In this document: positions 50,835 through 64,000 of the stretch, piece after piece
Layout: each line of letters begins with the position of its first letter
Numbering within the stretch: position 1 is the first letter of the stretch
Source of the DNA: Takakia lepidozioides
Taxonomy: Eukaryota > Plantae > Bryophyta
NCBI GenBank assembly: GCA_030704615.1
Contig: CM060731.1
Location: forward strand, 63,612,001 to 63,676,000
DNA length: 64,000 nucleotides
Reading direction: 5' to 3'
Notes under the pieces: model-generated
Seen by the model: only the letters and a program-made list of their open reading frames with translations
What the model was told of the DNA's origin: nothing
Database searches by the model: none
Position numbers and translations under genes: made by a program

Positions 50835-53800
50835 GTGCTAAACCCTCTTTGGGAGTCATACTCAATTTCTCGATAACATCAAAGTTACAGTAATAACTTT
50901 TTCAGGCTGTCTTTCAGGAAAGGCAGCGGTGGATCTTCAGGAGATACAGTCATTTCTGGCGAGTCTGTTTTCGACAGCCCCCTTTCCAATTTTCTGCTTC
51001 CTGTTTATGCCGAAGCAATGGCACTTCACGCGGCCGAGTCCCTATCCCCTGACTTTTTAGTGGCCAGCCGTAGGTGTATCCAGCGTGGATCCGGTGTTCT
51101 AAAATACTTAGACTTAGATGCAGAGGAAGAGGGGATACATTGTACTGACTCTGAGTCAGACTGAACTGTATTCTTTTAATATTCATTTTCATATTATCTG
51201 GAAAACGTTGAATCCCTTCCTCCCCCGTAGTTGTTCCTTTAGAACAAATAATAATCACAGAATCAACTTTCGTTTAAATTGCTATATGTATGAATCCATC
51301 TCACAAACCTCCCTGACTCTTCTCATATCCATTGTGCATTCATCTACACTGTATTCATGCGTGCTCCATTCATGAAAGCTTCCTTTGTACAACATCCATT
51401 GTACATTCATCCTCTGTACTCTTTAATCCACCCCACAAACCTTCCACACTCATTTCATATACGTTGTGCATTCGTCAAAAGATTTGGTCATGCATCTTCC
51501 TGTCATGAATTTTTGTTGCTCAACATCCATTATACATTCATCCATTTTACTCTTATCCATCCGTCATTCATCCATCTACATACATTTTTCACACTCATCC
51601 ATCTGTTTATCATCCAACTGTACATTCATCCATCCTTTATTCAATGCCTTTTATTATGTCGTCCAGCTTGTTTCCGCGGTAAAGGGTGCCAATCCGCGGG
51701 AATACACTCCACTTCTTTCTGGGCGCGTGGTGACGCGGCCTTCACGTGTGATGACGTGGACTGAGCCCCGTGACGTGGCATTTGCGCAAGGTGACGTGGC
51801 GTGAGCGCAGTTGCGCTCACGCGCTCACGTGACCAGGCTCACGCCGAGGCATCCCTGGTACCCGGGGAAGAGGCTCTTATCTACGCTAGCTTCGGTTGGC
51901 GTCATATATATATTCATCCGATGGGACAATGGTGGTGCTCCCAACTCTGGGGCAATGTTCCCACGCAATCCCATACGTTCCCTCGAGTTCCCAAGGAGTT
52001 CACACGCGTTCCCATGCATTCCCAAGCTAGGGTTTGTGTCGCTTTGCCTCTGCGATTGCTGCAACGAGTTATGGCTTCTATGGAGCAACCAGAGGTGTTG
52101 TTCTTAGTTTCTTGAGCATCAATAGACCACCAAGAATGCCTCTAACTCCCTGAGCAAGCTATTTGCCACACAACAAGCTCTCTTTCTCTATAGAACTTAT
52201 TGCAACAAACATAGAATAAGATATTGAGCTTTCTATGGCATACCCTCTTCTAGCCATCGCACTCATAATGCTTCTTTCTATGGCCATAATGCACCTCTTA
52301 GAGCTCCTAATCCAGCCCTGCACTTGTCACTTCCATAGACATGCTCTTCCCAAGCTTGGGATTGAAACCCCAACTCAAAGCATGCTCTACAAAATACACT
52401 ATTCTGCCCCAAAGAGAAATCAGATGTCTACCTCGACTCATAGCTCTTCTAAGCTTGAAGTTGAAGACTCCCACAAGCTGAAACTGCTCCACACATGCAC
52501 CGCTTGCTTCCTTAACACCCGAGCTCTTCTTGAACTCTTCAAACCCTGCAACACTTGCAGGACAAGAGCTTCTTCACAAGCTCTCAAACTTTTCAATGGG
52601 GCTCCTTGAAGACCTCCTCTTGTACATAAACACCACAAGGCTTTCTTCTTGCAAACCCTGCAACACCTTGTAACTTAAGAGCTATCTATCAAGCTCTCCT
52701 CCACACAAGTGTTAACTATGCTAACACCTTGCACTCATCGATGTAAGCGGGTCTTCTTCTAGTGATATGGAAATGGTGAAAAGAGGATAAACCACTCTAT
52801 CACGTTCTATAAGTCAAGCCAATGACACCTTTGCTAAGGGACTCCACCATACAGACCTCACCCACTCTCCATCTCAAGTATTAGAGCTATGGCGGCGAGA
52901 GAGGCATCGGGAGGCTCGACTAGAAGAAGACGAGCCTGCCTACGTCTCACGTGGAGATAACCTCTCCACGTCCCAAGTGAGGTTCGCCACCTCACTTGGC
53001 ACATGGAACCAAATGAAATCCCAATGCCAACAAAATACAAATATAAATGTATAATGTCTTAATTAGTTAGAATAACCATTTCTAACTAATCACAAACAAA
53101 ACCATGACACATGGATTGATGGTAAGACCACAGGGATGACCCACCCCTTTTTGTGAAACTTGAATATAGTTCTCATAAACCGTCGCAACGCGAAGCCCTA
53201 ATATATCTTGACCTTAGTGTGGAGGAAACTTTTTCTATGTCTGTAGATGTGGACAACCAAGCTCTAGCCCAGTGGTAATGGGCACATACTGCCTCTGCAG
53301 TAGTTGTGGGTTCAATCCACCGATTGGTGTCACAAAGGTGTCCACCTTCCTGACAGAAGGCAATAGCCCTTCCAGCTAAAAAGAGACAATAAATTACGCT
53401 TCCTTCGTGAGGCGTCATATATTATTATTACTAATGTGTACATGTCTTGCAAATCTGTACTGAAGATGAGATATCTCTGATCTTAATGTGATGGACAAGG
53501 TAGATGGAAGTCTATGTAGGGCCTTTCGAAATTACATGGAGCTCTCGTAGGTAGATCCGCCCGTATATGTGTGTATTGATTTTTGTTCAATGAAAATTTC
53601 CTCTTATTACGAACAACACTAAAAAGGTTTGAAAATTTGTGCTCCAATTTCGAAGAAATAGCCACTTAAGTTTGTCCCATAGGTTCCAAACAATTAGTCC
53701 AAAATTTGAAAATTCCCAAAATGCATTAGGCACTTTGAATTTGAATTAATTATTGCCTTACCAGATATAGGAGTTCGGTATGTGTTTCAGGAAATTTAAT

Positions 53801-53888
53801 AATTCAAAAAAATCAGAATAATCAATTAATTGACCATATACATAATTATTTCTGCGTACCTTTATGATGGATGAAGAGGTGTCCGAAC

Positions 53889-55049
53889 CAATGTTGGACT
53901 GGTATATAGGGCCTGGCTGGGTATCAACCAGGGTATTAAATAACTGGCCCGAATAGTATTGGCTGTTGTAATACTAGGGTTAAAAATCGAACCGCCTGGT
54001 ATTGACAATTCCAATACCTAGGTCAATACACTACATAGGCGGGTATTGACAAAGGAAAACCCCCGTGCAATACCCGTACTATGGGCAAAAACAAGGACTA
54101 TACACATGGTATAGATATGAAGTTGGGCTAGGGTCAGGCCATATCCAGCCCCAAGCGCCCGTCACTATTTTTCATTTCTTAGCACATGTCGGTAAGGTAA
54201 TGAGAACTTGGCGTTGACAACTTCCACAAATTAATGCTAATTTTAAATAATGGACCGGATGACATGCGGATGGATTGCAAGGTCGTTGAGCAAGGGATCA
54301 AGGATTTCTTTTTGTCGGAAGACAATTCGATTGATGAAGAAGAGGACCTCATTGTAGATGCTGGCATGTTTGACAATGAGGCTTGCAATCAGTTTTCTTT
54401 TAACAAAGTATAACAAAGCCTTATGGCTCTCTGTAATGTAAGGTTATTTTTTCCTTACCTCCTTTTTAATAAACTTACATGGCTACTATCCCCCTGTTCT
54501 AAAAAAAAAAAGATATCTAAGAAAACTAACAGAAAGAAAAACAAAAAAACAAAAAAAAATGCTCATTTTCCGCATGATGCGTGGTCGGGTTGTTGTTGTC
54601 AGCGGTGGGTGGAAACAATGACGGTGATAGTGAAGGATAGTGAAGGAGGTAGGACAGTTGGGAGTCATAACAAAGCTCGTTTCACTTTGCGTACTAAAAT
54701 CCGCAATATTATTATGTAATGCAAAGTCTGAATTTTATTTTTTATTTTTTGTCAGAATTTTGCAACAGAATATTTACGTTGTGAAATCAAGTATGCTTCT
54801 AAATTAATGATTTGGTGGTTATTTTTATTTTTATTTTTATTATTTATATCCGGGTTTATAACCGGCTGGTATTACGATTGGAATACCCGTCCTATTGATA
54901 CACGTCCACAAATAAAAAACCATACTACTATTGAATATTAGCATTAAGTGAATATTCACATACTATGGAATTGGCTGGTATTGAAAAATATATTTTTCTC
55001 AATACCAGGACCCGGCTGGTATTAAAAATGTAATACCCACCCAACATTG
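53889..55049. mobile_element. Non-autonomous hAT-like element
   Basis: TIR CAATGTTGG / CCAACATTG; 8-bp TSD GTCCGAAC / GTCCCAAC; GGTATT subterminal repeats. Confidence 0.8.
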
Positions 55050-56679
55050 GTCCCAACTGTCGTGCCTCCTTCATTATCTTCACTATCACCGTCATTGTTT
55101 CCACCCACCGCCGACAACAACAACCCGACCACGCATCATGCGGAAAATGAGCCTTCTTCTTTTTTTATTTCTGTTAGTTTTCTTAGATAACTTTTTGCAT
55201 CTGGATTTTTAATATTTTGAACCTTTTGCATGTGTTCTTATATTCCTAGTCAATGGGGACACTCAGAGAGGCCCAAATTCATTGCAAGAAGAGGCAAGGA
55301 AAAAATAACCAAAATTGAGCGCATAAATATATGTGGAGAATGTCTATTTATTAGGCAGGTCACTGGATAAGGGCTACAACTAAAATAACTGACGGATTGG
55401 GACTGCTAAGGTTGACACAGACGAATATTCTAGGACATCATGTGGGATAACGCTATCTTCTGTTAAGTGTTCAGAACTCTGCATTACTTCAATGAATGAA
55501 TAAGGATATGTCAAGAATATTTACTAGTATATTATTAGAGTATTCTGTGCTTCATCTTCCTATAACAGCGGTAAATTGAGCAGCAGCTCTCGTGGAGATC
55601 GTTTTCTCTCCCATCGTCGTCCTCTCGTACAAGCTTCGTCTCTGTACTTGTCAGTGCGCTTCGTCTCTGTACTTCTTCGTTTCCCGGTTCGTAAGAAGTT
55701 CAACGATTTGTTCGTTTTGTGCCCTACAATATTGATCTGCAGGTATGTTTTTCAACAGATTCTAGTTCTCTTTATATCTGAAGGTTGTTGAGAGAAGTCT
55801 AATCCTGGGAATCTGAACTCCCCACTTTGTTGTGAGCATAGTAGGAGCAAGGAATTTGCTGCGGCTTGTTTAGTGTTGGGAACTTGATGACATGGATCTA
55901 TGCATGCAATCCTTTCTTCCTTGAAGGCTGGTCATTATATCCCTTCGTCACTGGCTTTAACAATCAATCGAGACGGGTGAGTTCTTCCGTGGTCCCAGAA
56001 TGCATTGAAACCGTTTACTGTAACAGTACTTTCTGTCAATATGACGCTTGTTGTAGCAAATGACCCGAGGGGAGAACTTTAGGGCACTGAACTTCCATTT
56101 GCCATTCTTTTGATGATTCGGGCAGTTCAGACTGTCTACGAAACGCACTACTATAATACTACTTTACTCACGCAATGGGTATGGATTGTTGGGTGATGTT
56201 GATCCAGTCTGTGTGAAGAATTTTGATAGGATGTCCAGGGGATCCGCGACCTATCTTTGTATGTGTTTATTTGATATTGAAATTCATGTCTCAGTTTTCC
56301 TTTCTCAAAGAAGGAATCGAAGAGGGTTTGAGTCCCAGGCGTCGGGCCTGTTTTGTTGCAAGACAATCCCTATATAGAAGAGGAGAATTCGTAAGCTAGG
56401 GAATGTGGAGAACTTGCATGTAGAGGTAGCAAAGGCATAATGATGCGGTCGTGCCTGATTCGCTCAACAAAACTTGTGGCATTGTTCAGCAGGTTCACTT
56501 TAACTGGATTAGGAAACAGTTGGCCACAATCTTGGGTGGAGAGAAGAGGATTGTGAAGGGGCTATCAGACTAGAGAGTTAGTGCCAGGACGGTTCTTGGT
56601 GGGATTGGTACTTGAGATTTGTATTCTTGTGTGGAAGAACGGCAGCAACATTGTAACACTCGCGAGAACGCGAGAATCG

Positions 56680-58384
56680 ATGGCAATGGGTTCTCCAAAG
56701 ATAGACACATTCTACAAAGCGGGAGCGGAAGTGGGGAAAGGAGGGATCTGGGATCCAGACACAAAGACTTACTACTGGGTGGACATAGCCGGAAAATCCT
56801 TGCATGAGCTTCTTGTTCCGACCCAGAGCCGGAAAGACTACAATGTAGGTACTCAGGTAGGGGCAATGGCGCTATGTAAAGGCGGTGAAGGTCTGGTCAT
56901 GGCTGTTGAGGACGGATTTGGATTGTGGAGCTTCAAAGAGATGCAGCTGAGAATGCTCGCGACGCCCTACGGGTTGAACAGCGGGTGGCGCATGAACGAC
57001 GGTGCTTGTGACTCTCAAGGTCGCTTCTGGGCGGGAAGATTGTTCAAGACGGATGAGACAATACCTGGGGAAATTTATCGTCTGGAGACCGATGGGAAGA
57101 CTGCAACGTCGATCATTCAAAATATCTGCTGCACCAATGGACTCCTGTGGAGCCCTGACAACAAGCTCATGTAACTCCTCATCAAATCTCTCGTTGAAGT
57201 TATGATGTTTCTCTTCCAAAAGCTCATGCCTCCCCCTCATCAACCATCCTCCTCTTGCTTTACACAGTTATTTAACTCCTCGTCAAGCCTTTCTTTGTTT
57301 CTTGTCAGTCGGTTTGAAGTCTCTCTCGCAACAAGCTCGTGTCATAAAATGTCTCGCTCCTTCTTTCTCCGCCCCCCACCCTCAGACCTTACAACGTTTC
57401 GCTTTTTTCTCTGAAAATTTCTATAACTAAAATCTGTAAGTTCCTTTCTTTCTTTTTCTTTTTGTTTCCTCTCTCATGTTTTCTTCCATTTTGTCCCATA
57501 AGCTCTATGAGCTTTCCGCGGACGTTATAAAGCTCCATTTCATTTCATTTCATTTAACAATCCAAAAGATCACGATCAAACATCTTTATCTAGCTGTAGT
57601 GACGCTTTGCGGAGTTGATGCTTATAGTTTACCGAATTTCATCCTTACTGCTCAGTGTGGTTCTCAGTGAGGGTTGCCACGTAAAGCCTTTTAAGCTCAA
57701 AAGTCACCTCGTTCACCGTTACACAGAGTACCACCAAATCAATTATGAAAGCAGCTTCTTTAAACAGTAATGCTGGATCCTGAAAATTTTCCTCTCTCTC
57801 GAACTGCTCTTTGTGAGTCACACATTTCCTTCTGTTTAAATTTCTGAGACTTGAGCAGCCGCTCAAAATTTGTAGGCCTCATCCTGGTACACTCTGCTCA
57901 CTTCTCAAAGTACAGATGACAGATGTTTTGTCATACTGAATAGCAACGGTTCTGAATTGTTTCCTTTGAATCCACTAGGTATTGCGGGGACAGCTCGTTG
58001 AAGAAGATCTATGTTTGGGACTATGAAGACGAGTCGGGGACTCCAACAAATGAGCGGCTTTTTCTAGACACAGCCGATCTATTTCCGGGGGTACCAGATG
58101 GAGCCACCATAGACTCCCAAGGATTTCTGTGGGTGTGTTTCTTCGATGGACACAAGCTCGTCCAGATCTCGCCTGAAGCAAAGGTGGTGCATGTCATCGA
58201 CCTTCCTGTGAAGCGGCCCACTCAGCCCATTTGGTATGGTGAGGATCTCGACGAGTTGTTGATCACTACGGCTACATTGGGTGTTGATGTGCAGGAATAT
58301 CCTGAGAGTGGAGATGTGCTCTGGATGAAGTCTACCGCGCGGGGCCAGTTGAAGGCCATGTACAAATACAACCCAGAAAAATAA
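56680..58384 (+). CDS. SMP-30/gluconolactonase/LRE (regucalcin-like) protein, 2 coding exons
   Basis: Exon 56680-57170, intron 57171-57978, exon 57979-58384; YWVDI, RMNDGACDSQGRFWAG, TNGLLWSPD, PDGATIDSQGFLWV, LDELLITTA. Confidence 0.92.
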
Positions 58385-59244
58385 AGTGGGTAACATAGTG
58401 TCCAGAAATGGAAGACTCATGAGAGCATGCCTTGTGACGCATAAAGACACTGCTGTGAAGTTTGTGGATACAATCAGTTTGAACACTGTGGTACTATCAA
58501 CATACACTTGAACGTTCGCCTGAAGTGGACAAAGTTGATGAAAACCGCTTTTTGAAATCTTGTGCCCGATCTTCGTGCGCACATCAGTGTCTGTTTGGTT
58601 TCTTTGGTAACTGACCAACCGTAGGTGCTTGGAAGAAGTCTTCCATTGAGTTGTACTTGGCCCAAAGCCGATGCGAGCGGTTCGCACAACAGTTTTATTC
58701 TGTTCTTCTTTTAAATATTTCTGGACCAAAACCATGCAGGTTTCTCTTGCCAATTCTGTTTTGATGAGTTCTTCTACAAAAGTTGAAAGGCTAAAGCTCA
58801 GAAAAGATGAAATTTAAGATGTGAAGGCAACTTTCAAGCGCAAGTGCAACTCATTTCCAAAAAAACACTAGGCTAATCAGTTTCTTCGTGAAGCAAAGAG
58901 CTCGCGCATTTGACACGAACAACGTTGCATGCGTATCGTATTCCCGGTAGGAACTCAAACACTTTAGCTGACGAGACGTTACTGGGAGGGAGGAATAATG
59001 AAACTTCTCCGCTAGCGATATTTAGTATCTCTTTCTCACTGTCCGTGCAGGCTAGGAAGAACGATGCAGAGAGATTGTGGAAGAGATTGTGGAGTGCGGG
59101 ACGGCTGTGGAGACTTGTCCGATTCTTTTTGGTGTAAACGCTTGAAGGTGAACTCTCGGTACCTGGCAGCTGTACAGAGACAGAGGGAGAGAGCAGCAAG
59201 ACAGAATGTACTTGACCCTTCCCTGCATAACTTATGTTGGTTAT

Positions 59245-59912
59245 GACAGAACCCTTAAGGGCATAGTGGCCACGAAAACAGAGGGCCGCGAAATTAGAGG
59301 GTGAGAAGGGGCAGCTCCTTAAGGGGTTCGTTCCCACAGGAATGGACGGCATCTGTGTTTTAGGACAAGGGTCCCAAGTGGACAGGAAACCCACACAAAT
59401 GTTTTCATAGACACCTCCTTGTAGATCACTTGAAAGGACTGAGATACCCGCTGAAAACTAGCCATTTCAAAAATTCCATAGGAGTTTTGAAGTTTTTGGG
59501 GCAGTCGTTCTTCCAAGCATTGAGTGAGATCTCAGTTTCCTACAAGCGTTGCATCTTGGTGTCTACATTGCGATCTCTCTTTGCACCTCGAGGGGTACGA
59601 TGGTTTGATGCTGCCAGTGTTCTGCACTTTGCAGTGAGGTTTGTTTCGGGTTGCTGAGCTATGCGGGCGTAAGGTATAGTTCACCAGGTGCCTTCACAGA
59701 CTGACGGCCGTCTGCTGCTGTGAAGGGCACGGAGTTGGAGAGCTAGGGATGGCAGCATTGCTGGCCAAGTGTGTCTCTCAAACTGGAGTGAGTTCCGTTT
59801 TGGCTCAGTCTGCTCCCACCGACGATCGCAACAGCTCCAGACAAACACATGGCACCACTGGAACATCTTTCAAGTGGACCCTGGAATTGAGCATCGCACC
59901 CACATTCATATA
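59245..59912 (-). repeat. Dispersed repeat, copy 2 (inverted relative to 24740-25519)
   Basis: Reverse-complement similarity; cut at 59912 by an LTR. Confidence 0.85.
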
Positions 59913-60134
59913 TGTTGGAAGTCAATTCTAACATTCATCAAGTCATATGATTAATCTTGAAGGGACACAATTGTTAGACAAAGAGTTGTGATCTGTGTGA
60001 GTTAGACCTATTGGCTGTATCAATAGTCACAACTGTTCATGTCTTAAAGTGAGCACAGGCTCACTATTGTAACATCTTCTTTATTATCAATTGCAAGTCA
60101 CTCTCTCTCCATAAATTTTACATGGTATCAGAGC
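59913..60134 (+). mobile_element. Short LTR plus tRNA-iMet primer-binding site (copia/TRIM-type remnant)
   Basis: TGTTGG...TTTTACA (59913-60122) followed directly by TGGTATCAGAGC (60123-60134). Confidence 0.7.
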
Positions 60135-60523
60135 TAGTACTCAACCGATCCATAGAGATCTAATGAGAGTCGACTTAAGATTGTCATGCTAGTATTGTAA
60201 TACTAGTAGATATGATAGTCAAACAACTATCAAAGAAGAGCTATCTTCATGATCTAAAACATGTTAATATTGATATGTCATGGAGACAATTGAGTCTAAT
60301 GGCCATTTCAAACATTTTAAAATGTTATTCAAGCATGTAACAATTTAGATTGTTAATGATGCTTGGAATTCCAACAAACATGTTTAAGAACCTTCATAGA
60401 GTTATGTCATGCGGCATTAACTTAAAAGAAGAGATCTAAGGTGTCACCCCAAAAGCATCACTATTGGTGCATTATTTGAACTTCAAACGAGCAATTTCTC
60501 CAACAAGAACTTCTATTTGAAAA

Positions 60524-63500
60524 TGTTAGAATTGAGCAAGAACATAAACAAGAACTTAAGTCTTAGACTAAAGCTAAAACTAAAGCTCTCTTCCCAACCA
60601 TAGAAGCCACCATCATACTCTTACACTTAGACTAGTGGCTTCACCCCCGAGCTTGTACAAGAAGGTCTCTAGAAAGTCCTACTTGGTCACTTCCACTTCC
60701 ACTATGGTAACCATCCACCTTCTAGCCATTCACCTTCCAAAGGTGAGTTAAACAAGATAATCTCTTAGACTTCTAAACCTTTGGCCTTCAAGACTCTTAG
60801 TCTTCTAGATATGTTTAATTACTACCAACACTCCCACTCAATTAAACCATATCATTGAGCTACTTCGTTTGTCTTTAGAGAAGTAACACCAAATAAGGCT
60901 GAACACTTCATATGTTTTGTTTGTGGTAGACTCTTCGTCAAAACATCCGCAACCATATCTCCTGTAGCACAATAGATCACCTTGATCTTTCCTTTGCATA
61001 CAACTTCCCGTATGTAGTGATGTTGCACTTCAATGTGCTTCGTCCTTGAATGATACTTCGGATTCTGACTTAGTGCAATCGCACTTTGATTGTCACAATA
61101 GAAAGTCGTAGGTAGTGATTGAAGATGATCCAAATCTCCAAGCAACTTCCGTAACCAAATAGCCTCATTTGTTGCTTGTGTAATGGACATGTATTCAGCT
61201 TCTGTTGATGACAACGTTGTTGCAACTTGTCGTTTGCTAGACCAAGATACAGCTCCACCTGCTAGGAGAAAACAATGGTCTGAAGTTGATTTTCTACTAT
61301 CAACGTCTCATGCCAAGTCAGCATCAGCAAAACCCAACAAACTTGGATTTTCCACTCTCTTGTAGAGTAGACCAGAGGTTGATGTTCCTCTTAGATATCG
61401 AAATATCCTCTTCACTGCTTTCCGATGGGTTTGTCCGAGATTTGAAAGAAATTGTGATACCACTCCCACTGAATGTGCAATGTTTGGCCTAGTACAAACC
61501 ATGTAATACATCAAACTGCCGACTGCGCTTTGATAAGGAGTTTTCCTCATATCTTCTTGCTCTTCTTGAGTCTTAGGTGTCATATCTTTCGTAAGTTTCA
61601 AACCAACTTTGAGAGGAGTTGATGTTCATCTCCAACTTAAACCTTTGTAGAATTGTCTCTATGTATTGTCGTTGATGCATGAATATTGTATGGTTCACTC
61701 GATCTCTCCTGATTTGAATACCAAGACATAACCGAATCTCACCCATGTCAGTCATGGCAAACTCAGCACTCAACAGTGCTTTGGTTTCTGGCAACAACCT
61801 TTGATGATCGTTGGTGACAATGATTGTGTCATCCACATATAGAGTTATGACCACAAATTGCTCGCCCATCTTTTTCACATAGATGTTTGTGTCAGCAATG
61901 CTTCGCTCAAATCTTGCCTTTAAGAGGTAAGCATCGATCCTAACATATCAAGCTCGAGGACTTTGTTTGAGTCCATACAAACTCTTTTGCAGCTTACACA
62001 ATATCACTTCCTCGTTGTACAAACCCTTCAGGTTGTCTCATGTAGATCTCTTCTTGTAGTTCTCCATTCGAAATGTCGTCTTAACATCCATTTGATGAAC
62101 TTCGTGATCATGTTGAGCTGCAAGAGCTAACAACACTCTGATAGAAGAAATCTTCACCACTGGTGAGAAGGTTTCGTTGTAATCCACTCCTTGAATTTGT
62201 GCATAGCCTTTAGCTACAAGACGAGCTTTGTACCGGTAAATAGATCCATCAGCTTTGTACTTCAACTTGAAGATCCACTTGCAATCAATGGCTCTTCGTC
62301 CTGCAGGCAACCTAGTGAGTGTCCATGCTTTGTTTTGCATCAATGAATCCAACTCTGAGTTGATTGCTTCTTCTCATTGTAGTTTGTCTGGAGAGCGCAT
62401 CGCTTCCTCATATGTAGCAGGTTCAACCACTTGTGATGCTTCTTCCATAGCTTCAATGGCACTCATAGATGTAATCAGTCTACTATAAGCTTTTTCTTTC
62501 CTGCTGAGATCTCCTTAGAATTGGGACATCTTCAACTTCATCTCTAGAGTCAATATCAACAAGTGGTTCACCAGCTTCGACTCCTTGATCAACTCCATCA
62601 AGTTGAACACCTCCATCATTTGCTTCAGCCATCTCTTGTATTGGCTCCTCATAAGACTCCTCTTGGAAATGGTGTAATGGCTCTAAGCTCATTCCTATGT
62701 CATCTTCTCCCACTACCAAAGAGGGTATGAAGCCTTCATCAAACACTACGTCCCAACTGTGTTTGACAGCCTTAGTTGTCTCATTGAACAACTTATATCC
62801 CTTCACACCTTCTGTGTAGTCAATGAAGATGCATCCTTCTGATTTGGAGTCAAGTTTCCTTCGCTTCTGAGTAGGGATATGGACATATGCACGACATCCA
62901 AAAATCCTACAATGAGCCACACTAGGCTTCTGACCACTTCATACCTCTTCTAGTATTTTTCCCAACACTGATTTGATAGGTATTCTGTTGTGAAGATATG
63001 CTGCAGTGCCAACAGCTTCTGCCCAAAAATGATTTGAAATATTCACTTCTTTCAACATACTCCTTGCAGATTCTTGTAGTGATCTATTCATCCGCTCAGC
63101 TACACCATTCTGCTCAGGTGTATATGGAACAGTAAGCAGTCAAGCTATTCCATTCTCTTGACAAAACTGATTGAAGCCTTTGAGATGTACTCACCACCAT
63201 TGTCGATCTCAAAATCTAAGAGATTTCCAGTTGTTCTGCAAGTACTTTGAACCTGTTTTGAATTTCTCTAGCACTTGACTTTTCTCTGCCTTAGGAAATT
63301 CACCACAACCCTCCTTGACAAATCATCAATGAATGTCACAAAGTACCTTGCTCCTCCAAGTGATGTGGTTTGCATTGACCTGCACACATCAGAATGTACC
63401 ATCTCCAATATACTTATGGCTCTTCGTCCACCATCCTTAGGAAATTGACCTCGATGTTGCTGCCCTTCCAAGCAATCTTTGCATAGACGCATATCTCTCA

Positions 63501-64000
63501 TCTCCATCAATGCTAGTCCTTCCACAAGATGGCTTGAGAGTTGCATCTGTCTCAACTTCTTAATGCTCACATGACCTAACCTTCTATGCCACAACTCTGT
63601 TTCTGACATGACAGGTGTAGATCCCAACTGTGGTGAAAATGTGGTAAGAGCAATAGAGACATGATGTTGTAATCTATACAAGCGATTATCAAGAATAGCT
63701 CTTGCTACCACAGCTCCTGAGCTATCTGTGATAGTACAACTCTCATCTTGGAATACCACTCTGTATCTTTTTGCAACAATTTGCCTTACCGACAGCAGGT
63801 TCTTTGTTAAAGTAGGGATATATAGGACATTTTCCACCTCTATGGTTTCCCCTTCATTGAGCATAAGAGAGACTGAGCCTTCCCCACTAATGGCATGCTT
63901 GCTATCATCTCCCAAAAGAACATATTGTGTAGGTGAAAGAGATCTATAGGATAAGAAATGCTCTCTCTCTGAACTTATATGTTGAGATGCTCCTGAATCA
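60524..64000 (-). mobile_element. Ty1/copia retrotransposon (integrase, RT, RNase H, PPT, 3' LTR), degenerate
   Basis: LWHRRLGH, VHSDVC, YKARLVAKG, HQMDVKT, LYVDD, SSTEAEY, YCDNQSA, ADVLTK; PPT TGAGTGGGAG at 60840-60831; 3' LTR 60830-60524 (TGTTG...TAACA). Confidence 0.95.

Larger units (their letters stand above)
40781..51881. mobile_element. Mutator-like DNA transposon with two divergent genes (transposase; ParB-methyltransferase)
   Basis: Imperfect terminal inverted repeats 40781-40870 / 51800-51881 sharing ATA(A)GAGCC, GTACC, GGCGTGAGC, CACGTGAGCGCG and CGCTCACG; no TSD identified, so ends are approximate. Confidence 0.75.

Noticed and set aside
51890-53050. Short ORFs right of the Mutator-like element
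   Set aside because: No motifs; CT-rich decayed repeat-like sequence that could not be classified.

Overview
Eukaryotic, intron-containing, transposon-dense genomic DNA, most likely from a non-seed land plant (inferred from the LysM-GPI and LRR-malectin receptor genes together with Tf1/Tcn1-type chromovirus, Dualen-type LINE and TTAA elements; species not determinable). Three host genes look intact: a 6-exon LYM/CEBiP-like LysM GPI protein (17005-20124, -), an LRR-malectin non-RD receptor kinase (26160-29747, +) and an SMP-30/gluconolactonase (56680-58384, +). The rest is mostly nested, degenerate TEs: three gypsy families, copia, L1-like and Dualen/RandI-like LINEs, and hAT, piggyBac-like and foldback non-autonomous elements. 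The main candidate new system is an ~11 kb Mutator-like element (~40781-51881). It encodes a GCM-DDE-SWIM transposase and, divergently, a spliced gene fusing a ParB/Srx-type domain (DGNHR) to a beta-class N4C/N6A DNA-methyltransferase fold; that gene's non-coding parts carry arrays of a 22-bp palindrome (TGAATGTCGTTGACGACATTCA). Immediately to its left, a dual-endonuclease (APE+RLE) LINE carries a PCIF1/CAPAM-like adenine-methyltransferase fold between RT and RNase H. Both copies are pseudogenised here. All domain calls are by-eye motif recognition, not database searches.
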